Part shown: positions 41,502 to 51,622 of the stretch, piece after piece
How positions within the stretch are numbered: position 1 is the first letter of the stretch
Layout: every line of letters starts with the position of its first letter
Assembly (NCBI GenBank): GCA_009859145.1
Contig: VRVR01000015.1
Coordinates: 327,894 to 391,893, forward strand
Source of the DNA: Andalucia godoyi And28
Taxonomy: Eukaryota > Protista > Jakobida
DNA length: 64,000 bases
Reading direction: 5' to 3'
Made by a program: the position numbers and the translations under genes
The notes under the pieces: generated by a model
The model's input: the letters and a program-made list of their open reading frames with translations, nothing else
Told to the model about the DNA's origin: nothing
Database searches by the model: none

Positions 41502-43469
41502 ATGAACGGACCTTCGCCGTCGACCAACGAGCCCGCTGGCTCAGATGCTTCTGATGACCCAATACGGCGTAACCACAACATCATCACAAAGTTCTCAGGG
41601 TCTCCGTCAATGATGGAGCTGTCAGCAAAGGATGCGGTGACAGGAATTGTGAAAATGCAAGTGCGAAAAGACCGATTCGCGATGTTCAATGAATGGCTTA
41701 ACGGGCTGACGGAAGTGATGCGCAAGTATCCGGGCTTCATATCCAGGAGCCTCATTGTTCCTTCAAAGCAGGAGCTGGAGCGAGCATCCAGTTCGCAGGT
41801 GTTTACACTGGTCCACATTGTGAAATTCGACAAGCTGGAGACTCTGGAATCGTGGAAGGAGTCGGATGGCCGAAGGGAAATGGTTCGGATAGCGGAGGAA
41901 TTGAAAATCGTCGAGAATCCACGCGGCCTGACCAATGGGGAAGATTACAGTATTCAGGACTCAGGAATGGGGATACTGTCGCCTGACATGATGCACAAAA
42001 CTGGCTCTGATGCACACCAAAAGTCAGGGAAAAGCAGCGACACAGAGCACCAGACGCAGCTGCAGCCTCCGCAGAAGTGGAGATTGATGTGTGTTCTGTT
42101 CTTCACAATGTACACCAACTATGCATTTCACTTGCTTTTGGGAACCACCGCTGTGTTTTCCCGTGTTTTCGGCAGCTATGGCATCGCTCTTCTTGTGTAC
42201 TGCACGTGCATTATCCCGCCCGGTTCGTTTGGATTTGTTGCGCTGACATCCAGACTAGCACGCAAGTTTCTAGCTGTTCCTCGGAACAAGAACCGCTCGT
42301 GGATACGAGGGTTGCTCGATGACGGCTTTTCCATGTTTGAACCGGCACTGCCGTCTCGAGATTTGATCAACCGCATTGCATTGCTCGAGAAGCGGCTGGA
42401 ACGCATGAAGCGAATTGCTGTTGGTTCTGTCGAGAGTGTTTCGCATGTTCGCAATCGCTTAGAGCATCTGGAGCGAAAACGGATTTCTTCAAATGTGACT
42501 TGTTCTTCTGCTGCTTTTGATCCGCTGCTTCCACCCGATTGGGATGTCCATTTGCAAAGGAGTCGGGGAGTGATGAATTCACAGAAGCAGCTCCCAGGCC
42601 TTGACGTCGAGATTGCGTCGTCATTGTCACCTTCGCCGAATCCAAGCAATGCCGCATCCATGAAGAAGAATGCGGGCGTGGACACCTCGGTCACGATCGT
42701 GTCGAACCACCCAGTTGCGTGGGAATTCACGGAGGCGTTTGAGGATCTAATGCGACACTGTGAGGAGCAAATGCGGGTGTTTCCTGGGTTCATCAGCCTT
42801 GACTTGATTCACACAAACGGGTCTCTGGAGTCGCTGGATGATGATCATTCCCACCGTTCCGTCGATGACTTGGATCAAAATAGCCTTGGGGAAGACGGTT
42901 CCGGGGACGAGTCCGAGTATGTGCTCATCTACAGATTCGACAGCTACGATGCGTTGGACGTCTGGTTGCGCTCGGAGCAGCGCAGGACGATCTTGCAGTC
43001 CATGAAGCCCATGCTCGCGGGCCGGTCTCGAATCCAGGTGCAGCAAGCCGAGGTGGTTCACGATGCATTTTCATCGCTGTTCGGGGACCGCCACAATCAG
43101 TTGCAAGGTCGACCGCCTCCAATCTGGAAATCGGTCGTGTTGTCTGTCTTTTCCGTGTTCTTTGCCTTGTGGCCCCTTGCTGTATACTTGCTACCTGCTA
43201 CCTCTTCGAGCTCCAACGACGTGTTGGCGCACAAGTTTGTGAGTGCATTGGTACTGATTGCTGCTGCTGTTCCATTTCTTGTGTACGTGACTTCCCCGTT
43301 CATGAATATGCTGTTTTTTCAATGGCTCATTACGCCCCGACCTGTGTTTGCCTCGGAGCCATGGAAGTCTCTGGATCAAGGCCTTCCTTCGGCATGGCAT
43401 CAGCTGGCTCTGTCTATATTGTATTTTGGATCTCTTTCTGTAGGTATTCTTGTCCTGAATTTCGCCTGA
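41502..43469 (+). CDS. membrane protein with two tandem ABM-like (dimeric alpha-beta barrel) plus TM modules, bacterial COG3224/Slr1162-like (655 aa)
   Basis: Module 1: VTGIVKMQV...FNEW...YPGF...IVKFD..ETLESWKES..R...PPQKW followed by TM helices. Module 2: VTIVSNHPV...FE...FPGF...IYRFD...LDVWLRSEQRR...PPPIWK followed by TM helices. First ATG at 41502. Confidence 0.75.
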   Translation: MNGPSPSTNEPAGSDASDDPIRRNHNIITKFSGSPSMMELSAKDAVTGIVKMQVRKDRFAMFNEWLNGLTEVMRKYPGFISRSLIVPSKQELERASSSQVFTLVHIVKFDKLETLESWKESDGRREMVRIAEELKIVENPRGLTNGEDYSIQDSGMGILSPDMMHKTGSDAHQKSGKSSDTEHQTQLQPPQKWRLMCVLFFTMYTNYAFHLLLGTTAVFSRVFGSYGIALLVYCTCIIPPGSFGFVALTSRLARKFLAVPRNKNRSWIRGLLDDGFSMFEPALPSRDLINRIALLEKRLERMKRIAVGSVESVSHVRNRLEHLERKRISSNVTCSSAAFDPLLPPDWDVHLQRSRGVMNSQKQLPGLDVEIASSLSPSPNPSNAASMKKNAGVDTSVTIVSNHPVAWEFTEAFEDLMRHCEEQMRVFPGFISLDLIHTNGSLESLDDDHSHRSVDDLDQNSLGEDGSGDESEYVLIYRFDSYDALDVWLRSEQRRTILQSMKPMLAGRSRIQVQQAEVVHDAFSSLFGDRHNQLQGRPPPIWKSVVLSVFSVFFALWPLAVYLLPATSSSSNDVLAHKFVSALVLIAAAVPFLVYVTSPFMNMLFFQWLITPRPVFASEPWKSLDQGLPSAWHQLALSILYFGSLSVGILVLNFA

Positions 43470-44636
43470 CTGTTGACATCTTTTGAACTGTTCCCATCGT
43501 GTTTTTTGCTGTCGTTTATCATCGTCGTAACGTACAGGAGGTTTCCCCCATTTGGTTAAAATTAAATAAGAACGAAAATGCTCGCGAGCTTCTATGCGCG
43601 AACTGTGAAGGCGCATGCACGTGTGTGTTGAGGCATGCCCCCCCCTTCTCGACGATTGATCTGTAGGATAGTATCGCAGGCGATACTCTTAATAGCGCGT
43701 TTGTACTGAATGTCATTTTTGAAGATCGAGAGGTTTCATGCCTAGGTGTGCGCCTACATTGTACACTAACCACACCTTGTTTCCACACAACTTGCGTTGG
43801 AGTTCCCCCCGCAACGGTCGCACGTTTTAGACGCGTATTCCTCCGTCACAAGTCACAATCGACACCTGCCGCCCCCCGATTTCGCACAATTTTTGCAGAG
43901 CAGCCGCTGCTGGAATTGATAATGGCTCCATGTCAACATCTGCCACGTCGTTGTCGCCTTGGCGATCTTTCCTGGCGGCGGCCCAGCGCTGGAAGGTGGC
44001 GGTGGAGATCGTCATGGGTCTGCGCAGCGTTGCGGGGGTGACGGACATGGTGCGTTGCATGGACAGTAAAAATAAGAAAATGAAATGAGCGTCGCTGTGC
44101 GAGAATGCAACGCGGCTGCGTGTTTATAGCGAATTCATGATCAAAATGGGACGAAACGAATCGGGCATCGTGTGACGGAGTTGTCAAGATAGCAAAACAC
44201 ATGCGCATGCGCATGGGCGTAGCAGTGGTTTTGTTTTCGTGCGCTTTAGATTGCTTCATCATAATGCAATGAGTAGCAGCGGCTCGTTAAAAAAATTGCA
44301 GCCGCCGTAGTTTGACATTTCGGGAGCACTCCAGCCACATACCCGCCCCCCCGTGTCAGCCTCGGTCATCGCATTGTCAGCTGTCATCATCATCATCTTC
44401 TTCTTCTTTCCCAAGGAACTCCCCGAAAGGTGGTGGTGCATCTTGGTTCTTGAATCCAAAGCAGAGCTTTGCCTCCATTTTTTTGCTCCATTTTCACTCT
44501 GCGGTTTTTCTTTTCTTCTTCTCTTGCTCCTCCTTCTTGTTCTGCCTTGTTCTGCCTCTCTGTCACTTCCACCTTCCACTTCCACTCCCTCCCACGTTCT
44601 TTTTTGTCTATTCTACTACGGTACCGCACTTCCAAG

Positions 44637-46115
44637 ATGGATCCGTACAAGTATACCCCATCCGACTCGTTCAACACTGCGACATGGACGACAAACACCG
44701 GCATGCCCGTGTATGATGCACGGAACTCGCTTTCTGTGGGTCCGAACGGTCCGCTGCTGCTTGAGGACTTTCATCTTTTGGAGTCTCTTGCGCAGTTTGA
44801 CCGCGAGCGTATTCCCGAAAGAATTGTACACGCCCGAGGAGCATCTGCGTACGGTCAATTTGAGTGCACTGCGGATCTGTCGGACATCACCTTTGCGGAC
44901 TTTCTTCGTGCGCCGGGTACCAAGACGCCTCTTGTGATCCGGTTTTCCACCGTCATCCACGAGCGTGACTCTCCGGAGACCTTGAGAGATCCTCGCGGAT
45001 TCGCAATCAAGTTCTACACTCGGGAAGGAAACTTCGATATGGTTGGAAACAACTTTCCGGTGTTTTTCATCCGAAATGGAATTGATTTCGTGGATGTAGT
45101 TCATGCATTCAAGCCGAATCCGCAGACTCATCAGCAGGAAGGATGGCGCATCATGGATTTCCTGTCCTATCACCCCGAATGCTGCCACATGTTGACGTTT
45201 TTGCTCGATGATGTGGGCATCCCAGCCAACTATCGTCAGATGGATGGATTTGGCGTGCATACATTCAAGCTCATCAGCAAAGATGGCAAGGAGACGCTTG
45301 TGAAGTTCCATTGGAAGACGCAGCAAGGAGTGCAGAGTCTGCTTGACGACGAGGCCGTCATTGTGGGTGGAACGTGCCATTCTCATGCGACAAAGGACTT
45401 GTTTGATTCCATCGACGCAGGAAAGTTCCCTGAATGGAAGCTTTTCATCCAGACGATGCCGTTGTCGGACCAGCACAAGTACGATTTTGACCCGCTGGAT
45501 GTGACAAAGACCTGGCCCGAGGATCAATTCCCTCTCAAGGAAGTTGGCCGAATGGTTCTCGATCGAAACATCGACAACTTCTTCCTGGAGAATGAAATGC
45601 TGGCTTTCTGCCCAGCGACGATCGTTCCAGGTATTACATACACGGACGATAAGATGTTCCAGGCTCGGGCGTTTTCGTACAATGATGCTCAGCGCTATCG
45701 TTTGGGACCGAACTATCTGCTGTTGCCACCCAACGCGCCGCGATGTGCATACCACAACAATCATCACGGCGGGGCAATGAATTTTACGCTCCGCAAGTCC
45801 GAGGTGAACTACTTTCCGTCTCTAGTTGACAAGGTCAAGGAGGCCCCTAACTATCCGACGTCCAATGAAACGTACCAGGGCAAGAGGGAACGGAGAAACA
45901 TCGACAAGGAGAACAACTTTGCACAAGCTGGTGCCCGCTTCCGTTCGTTCGACGAGGCCCGAAAGCAGAGATTTGTCACCCGGGTTTCCGGTCTTCTCAA
46001 TGGTCCTCGCGTGACGGTAGAGATTAAGAGAATCTGGCTGCACTATTGGACCCAATGTGACAAGGATCTTGGCGCACGGTTGGCGAAGCTTGTAAAGCTC
46101 AGCGCAGCGCAGTGA
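44637..46115 (+). CDS. CAT: monofunctional heme catalase, paralog 2, plant-like (492 aa)
   Basis: MDPYKYTPS...[54 protein letters not shown]; first ATG at 44637. Confidence 0.97.
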   Translation: MDPYKYTPSDSFNTATWTTNTGMPVYDARNSLSVGPNGPLLLEDFHLLESLAQFDRERIPERIVHARGASAYGQFECTADLSDITFADFLRAPGTKTPLVIRFSTVIHERDSPETLRDPRGFAIKFYTREGNFDMVGNNFPVFFIRNGIDFVDVVHAFKPNPQTHQQEGWRIMDFLSYHPECCHMLTFLLDDVGIPANYRQMDGFGVHTFKLISKDGKETLVKFHWKTQQGVQSLLDDEAVIVGGTCHSHATKDLFDSIDAGKFPEWKLFIQTMPLSDQHKYDFDPLDVTKTWPEDQFPLKEVGRMVLDRNIDNFFLENEMLAFCPATIVPGITYTDDKMFQARAFSYNDAQRYRLGPNYLLLPPNAPRCAYHNNHHGGAMNFTLRKSEVNYFPSLVDKVKEAPNYPTSNETYQGKRERRNIDKENNFAQAGARFRSFDEARKQRFVTRVSGLLNGPRVTVEIKRIWLHYWTQCDKDLGARLAKLVKLSAAQ

Positions 46116-46513
46116 CGACATCCGCGACTGCGAGCTTTTTTTGCCTTGGCTGGGTAATTCACGGCGCCTTTGAACGATTGTCTCGCTGTTCCATTTCCAT
46201 TTCCATTTTCATTTTCTTCATCTGATGCATGCATGCACACTCCCACTTGATGTTGTAAAACGCGCAACCCATATGCATGTTTCAAATTGAAGGGAAGAAA
46301 GAAAAAAAATCATAATAAAAGAAGAGAGATTAAAAACCCCGACGTCCGTGCATGTTGGCAGATGCGTCGCCCCCCGAAAAACAATGAATTGTCAGTGGTT
46401 GTTGTTTATCGGTTGTTGTTGCTGTTGTCGAAAAAAGGGGAAATTTCCAGGTTTTTGTTTTTGTTTTTTTGTGGGAGGGAAAAAGCTTGTGGTAAGCTAC
46501 GCAAGACGAGAGA

Positions 46514-47455
46514 ATGGTGCAACTGTGCGATTTGCAGAGCCCGATGATTTGGTGGGCTGGTTGCATGCTTCTTGCACCCACATGCACCATGCTTGTCTTC
46601 CTGCTGTGGCTCCGAAATGTCTGGCTTTCGATCATCGTGTTTCACGTACTGTGTTGTCTTTGTCTTCCATTATGGTATCTTGGCAGGTTTCACTTTTACC
46701 ACGGTTCCGCGCATCACAAAACGGACGTTGAACTCGCGTCGTTCCATCAGATGACTGGCCACGATCCGGACAACGGCGCCGACGATCCCTCTGCGAACCT
46801 GCTTTCCAATACACTCCAATCGAGCACTGTTTCGAGTCCAGTGCCAATACCAATGGGAATGCCAATGACGGTGCTGACACCAGTGTCACTGGTGCGCGCT
46901 CGACGACATCCCTCGCGAACCGACATTGTTGAAAGCGCAGCTCGTGATGCTTTTGTGCGGTCGCTGAGATTTGATGATCTGCGCCAACAGTGTCTTGTGG
47001 GAACGAGTATTTGCGCCGCTTGCATTCTTCTAGGCGTCGGGCTGTATCTTGTATGTAGTCCATTGGTTCCGAACGTCAGTGGAAAAACAGCCGATTACGA
47101 ACTGGACAACCGGTCTCCGTATCCGTTCATACTCTTCACGCTGTACTTCACGCTTGTCAATCCCATCTGCGAAGAGTTCTTCTGGAGAGCATTCGCTCAG
47201 TTTTCCTTTGGGACTTCTCGTACGTGCACTCTCATCCAAATTTCATGCTATGCAATGTATCACGTTGTTGTTCTCATTGTGTTCTTGCCGCTGTGGCTGA
47301 CTGTCTTCTGCACGATCGGCGTCTTTTCCGCAGGGTGCACTTTCACGTTCCTGTATAGAAGATGGGGCCCTGTGTGTGCCGCTATTGCTCACAGCGGCGC
47401 CGACTTTGTAGTCATGGTTATTCTCTCCAACATGTATTTTTCGTGGGCTCCTTAG
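46514..47455 (+). CDS. CPBP/Abi (type II CAAX-like) intramembrane glutamic protease (313 aa)
   Basis: Multiple TM helices with NPICEEFFWR (EExxxR), YAMYH and HSGAD motifs. Confidence 0.85.
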   Translation: MVQLCDLQSPMIWWAGCMLLAPTCTMLVFLLWLRNVWLSIIVFHVLCCLCLPLWYLGRFHFYHGSAHHKTDVELASFHQMTGHDPDNGADDPSANLLSNTLQSSTVSSPVPIPMGMPMTVLTPVSLVRARRHPSRTDIVESAARDAFVRSLRFDDLRQQCLVGTSICAACILLGVGLYLVCSPLVPNVSGKTADYELDNRSPYPFILFTLYFTLVNPICEEFFWRAFAQFSFGTSRTCTLIQISCYAMYHVVVLIVFLPLWLTVFCTIGVFSAGCTFTFLYRRWGPVCAAIAHSGADFVVMVILSNMYFSWAP

Positions 47456-47981
47456 CTGCTCTCTCCCCCATAGCTTTCTACTATGGCCATTTTTTGTCTG
47501 ATAATACCTATAGCCCTCCAACCCAAACGTCTAGTGGACGGCTGTGATGTTCATCGGATAGTATGGCTAAAGATGTGAGGTCCAAACGGTTTCCAACGAA
47601 TGCACTCATTGGTCAATTCGAGAGCTCTAACGAAAACATAGGTTGTTTCTGGTTTGGGGTGCGCGGACCCACGAATGCCCCACTCAAAAAAGGAGCTTCA
47701 TTGGATGAATGCAGATGCGGATTGTAAAAGTCACTTAACGCCATAAAACCTGTCTGAAGCGCAGCATGCGAGCCAAGTGTTTGGAAAGGTTTTGGATTAG
47801 GAGGTAGTACCTATGTTTGAGGCGCTTTTTAGTATTCGTGTTAACTTTGCGAAGTGCTTCCTTTCCCGACGGGTTCTGCTGGTTTTACGAATGGAGTGCC
47901 CTTCTTTCGATTTCTTGCAGACACAAGCAATCTCATCGATTGAACCGAGTTTCCCCCCTGGATTGGTGCACTGCGGAGTTC

Positions 47982-48857
47982 ATGAGTGTTTCTAGCGTGC
48001 CCGCGGTTGAATCGGATCATGTGCAAAAGGTGTATGATGAGATCGCGCCGCACTTTTCGCACACTCGATTCTCTCCGTGGCCCGTTGTTGCGCGGTTCTT
48101 GTCTTCGATTCCGCCTGGATCCAGCCTTGCAGACTTGGGGTGTGGAAATGGAAAGTACTGCCAGTGCTTGCCGACTTCCGCGACTTGTACGTCCTCAATT
48201 ATATATTTTGGGACTGACACATGCCTTCCTCTTCTCGAAATCACCCAAGCAGAGTACGCAACATCTCATCATCCACATCTCGCACAGTGCGATATCACGA
48301 AGCTCCCGTACCGAACGGGGGCATTTGATGCAGTCATCTCCATTGCGGTGATTCACCATTTGTCCACGTATGAGCGTCGGCTCGAGGCATTGGCCGAGAT
48401 TTGCAGAGTGGTTGCGGCTCGCTCGGTGGACGAACAAACCGTTGCAAGCAGCGAGCAGCAGACAACCGAGCGCGAAAGAGAAAGCGAGGGAGGAAGAGGA
48501 AGAGGAAGAGGAAGAGGGAGGGCACTGGTATATGTGTGGGCACTGGAGCAGCCAAAACAAAGGAAATGGGGTGCTCCTGGCGAGCAGGATGTGATGGTTC
48601 CTTGGCATTTGCAGCCTCGATGGACGTCAAATCCAGAAGAAAAGCAACAGCAGGCGGTTCCACGGACACAGCGAGGAGAGTTTGTTTTTCAGCGATATTA
48701 TCACCTGTTCAAATACGGAGACCTCGAGAAGATGGTCGCAGACGTGAACGCAAAGTGTCCGTTCATGAACATCACAGTCGTCGAATGTGGTTACGACCAT
48801 GACAACCACTACATTGAGCTGGCCGTTCAGCAAGTCCAACCCGTAAGTTGTCTCTGA
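47982..48857 (+). CDS. TRM9: Trm9/ALKBH8-type tRNA wobble-uridine methyltransferase (stand-alone MTase domain, 291 aa)
   Basis: E..HVQKVYDEIAPHFSHTR..PWP.V, DLGCGNGKY, DAVISIAVIHHLST..RR, ALVYVWALEQ, DVMVPW, FQRYYHLF, YDHDNHY; first ATG at 47982. Confidence 0.9.
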   Translation: MSVSSVPAVESDHVQKVYDEIAPHFSHTRFSPWPVVARFLSSIPPGSSLADLGCGNGKYCQCLPTSATCTSSIIYFGTDTCLPLLEITQAEYATSHHPHLAQCDITKLPYRTGAFDAVISIAVIHHLSTYERRLEALAEICRVVAARSVDEQTVASSEQQTTERERESEGGRGRGRGRGRALVYVWALEQPKQRKWGAPGEQDVMVPWHLQPRWTSNPEEKQQQAVPRTQRGEFVFQRYYHLFKYGDLEKMVADVNAKCPFMNITVVECGYDHDNHYIELAVQQVQPVSCL

Positions 48858-48988
48858 TTCATGAAGACGAATGAAGCCCACCTTACTGTGTTAGAAACCC
48901 TGTCGTTGTCCTTGTAACTTAAAAATTACTGTGTCATTTTTACTGGGAGACAAGCAGAGGGAGAGCGTGTCAGTCCATGCTGGAAGCA

Positions 48989-49750
48989 TTAGATGACCTT
49001 TGCCTCGTTTTTGAGTTTGTGAACAAGATCGTCAACGGACTCGACCTTTCTTCCTCCAATTCTCTTTGCAGGTTCTTCAACTCGAAGGATCTCGAGTCTA
49101 GGCGTGATGTCAACGCCCAGACTGTCCGGAGTCACGGTCTCGAGGGCCTTCTTGCGTGCCTTCATGAGGTTCGGCAGAGTGACGTATCTCGGTTCATTGA
49201 GTCTCAGATCGACAGACATGACCGCAGGGAGCTTGACGGACACCGTCTCCAAACCTCCGTCGATTTCTCTCACGATGTCTGCGCTCGCCTTGTCCTGTGC
49301 GACTGCGATCTTTGATGCAAATGCCGCCTGTGGCCATCGCAGGAGGCCCGCAAGAATCTGCGCAGTCTGGTTAGCGTCATCGTCAATTGCCTGCTTTCCA
49401 AGAAGCACCGCGGAGGGCTGCTCTTTGGCAACCAGTGCACGAAGAACCTTGGCAACGGCCAGCGGCTCCACAGTTGACCCATCTGCAACTTCCACATGAA
49501 TCGCCCGGTCTGCACCCATCGCAAGTGCAGTCCGGAGAATCTCGGAAGACGGTTTCGGACCAATCGTCACTGCAACAACTTCCTTCGCAACACCCTTTTC
49601 CTTCAATCGCACACACTCTTCCACCGCAATCTCGTCAAATGGGTTCATCGACATCTTCACATTCTCCGTCACAACTCCAAGGTTGTCCGGTCGCACTCGG
49701 ATCTTCACCGCATAGTCAATCACCCGCTTCACTCCCACCAGCAGTTTCAT
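48989..49750 (-). CDS. ETFB: electron transfer flavoprotein beta subunit (253 aa)
   Basis: [64 protein letters not shown]. Confidence 0.97.
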   Translation of the reverse strand: MKLLVGVKRVIDYAVKIRVRPDNLGVVTENVKMSMNPFDEIAVEECVRLKEKGVAKEVVAVTIGPKPSSEILRTALAMGADRAIHVEVADGSTVEPLAVAKVLRALVAKEQPSAVLLGKQAIDDDANQTAQILAGLLRWPQAAFASKIAVAQDKASADIVREIDGGLETVSVKLPAVMSVDLRLNEPRYVTLPNLMKARKKALETVTPDSLGVDITPRLEILRVEEPAKRIGGRKVESVDDLVHKLKNEAKVI

Positions 49751-50232
49751 TACTGGAATCTTGCAGTTATCGTTTCGTGAGACCCTGAGCTATAAAAAAC
49801 GAAAAAAAAAAAACGAAAAAAAATATGTGAAACTGTACTCTGCGCCTCGCTCGCTTGGTTCGCCGTTGGCTTCGGTCCGTCTGAAAAGGAAACAGAAGAA
49901 CAGCCACCAAAAATGCACTAAAAATTGAGAATAAAAGATCACAGAAACCTCATTGCGTGAGAGAGAGAGAGAGAGCTCAGACCAGTCTTTCAAGTTTGCA
50001 GTGGTTCGCTTTTTTTGTTACAGTCGAAGCACCTGCTGTAGAAAGATAAGAGTCTCAACTCGTCAACGCTTGGACGCCTACGTTATGCACTGAACATGCA
50101 TATCTACGAATGGACATGCATATTCAATCGTGCATCTCGTTACCGGGAAGGGGATAGGCCCCCAACACGCCCCACAGCGCTCTTCAGATGGATGCTCCCC
50201 GCTCCGTTCCCAATCTCGATTAATCTGTGAGC

Positions 50233-50550
50233 CACTTTCTCAGCGTGACACGTTGTTCCTGAGAAGGGTGCATTTTGATCCTGGCGGCCCTAGCAGCAGG
50301 GTAGTGACACGTGGTCTCTTAGGAGGTCTGCGGGACCTAGGAGGCCCTGTATCGAGCGACGTAGGCGTAGGCGAATGCGTCATCCCAGCGCACTCACGCC
50401 CATATTTGAATTAATAAAGTGGAACCAACGAAGGATAGAATAGATGGCTACGGATGCTGCGTTAAAGAGTGTCGAAAATGCAGGGCCTGTGTCACCGGCT
50501 GAATTTTGGCCGAGCGTGCGTAAGCACGAATTAACGTGCTAGTGTCGGCC
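50233..50550 (+). ncRNA. candidate structured non-coding RNA or structured DNA element (unassigned)
   Basis: No credible ORF. Several stems of 6-11 bp, with G-U wobbles on the + strand, a GNRA-capped hairpin and two Sm-site-like AU4G motifs. No Rfam family recognised. Confidence 0.3.
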
Positions 50551-50612
50551 AGTTTTGACCGTGTCTGTTTCTGTAATTTTCCGAAAATACACGACAATGT
50601 CGTGTTATTATT
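50533..50612 (+). repeat. dispersed element, copy A (upstream of the CCDC81-like gene)
   Basis: Blocks 50533-50560 and 50581-50612 are reverse complements of 61930-61957 (26/28) and 61899-61930 (29/32). Confidence 0.88.
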
Positions 50613-50949
50613 ACTCGACCGCCAACGACTCTCCTGGAAACCGACGTTTTTTCCCACCCACCTTTCTTTCTTCGGGCTCCGAATCAAGCGATATTTCTCG
50701 TTCCATTTTTTTTTTTTTTTCTTTTTGATGCCATTTCATCTGTTCTCTCTCTCTCCCCCGTTTTTTTTTCCATCTTGTGATATTTCCCCACTTCCTGTCG
50801 CTTTTAATTCCGATTCTTCAGTTTCTTTTACACCGACTTTGCCGTCCTAGTTTCAGAAAGCAGTGTTCTAGTGCATCATCATCGGTGTCTTTGCTCCACT
50901 TTGTTCCTGTTTTCTTCCCTCACTTCTTTTTTGCTCTTATCCCTTCCTC

Positions 50950-51586
50950 ATGGTGTCTTTAAGCCAGATATTTCATAAGATAGCTGCTCGACCGGGGCGG
51001 GCTCGAGGGGCGACTACGGGATCTTTAAAGGTGCTGTGGGATGCCATTGGCGCATCTGTTCACAAGTTCATGCTAAATGGAAAAGCTGTTTTGCTTCCAG
51101 ACTTTGGGACGTTTACATTTCAAGTCACGAATGTTCCAGCGGGAGACCTTGGGCAAATGACGACTCGCGTTCCTCACTTTTCTCCCGCAGAGTCATTCTG
51201 CGAGAAGTACAGTGTTGCAGCAGCACACATGGACTCCGCAGCTCCAGTGGCGCCACTCAGCTTCTTTGCGGTTGCTTCGGCTGCAAAACTCTCGCAAGGC
51301 TTCTGCCAGAATGCGTGGAGCGACATTGTGGAGGCGATTGGACAAGCATGTGCAAATGGTGAATTAGTCTCGATTGACGCTGGCTTTGTGACGCTGTTCC
51401 TCTGCACAGCAAAAACGAGCGCAAAGTTCAATGCGTCGTTCCTTGAAAACTTGGCGCAAGTCGATGCGGCAGAAAATGGCCCTACGGCGACGCACGGTGC
51501 AGCGGTGTTTGCTCTTGCGGCACAAGCCAGGAATTTGCGCATTGCATATGGAACGAATCCTGTTCCACAGTCATCATCGACGACGA

Positions 51587-51622
<36 letters not shown>

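Noticed and set aside
44616-45767. 383-aa - strand ORF
   Set aside because: Antisense shadow of catalase 2.
6862-46381. CCCCCCGAAAAA at 6862 and 46370, with looser variants near 43.8-44.4 kb
   Set aside because: Low-complexity 12-mer; two exact copies are not enough to call a regulatory motif without genome-wide statistics.
50134-50300. U1 snRNA interpretation (GTTACC near the 5' end, ~165 nt, Sm-like site, terminal hairpin)
   Set aside because: Lacks ACTTACCT, the U1-70K (GATCACGAA) and U1A (ATTGCAC) loops, and helix H.
50300-50500. RNase P or MRP RNA interpretation (P1/P3/P4-like order of stems, GGAGGTCTG resembling CR-I)
   Set aside because: No GAAAG-U bulged P4 and no convincing CR-IV or CR-V; no room for a standard P2.
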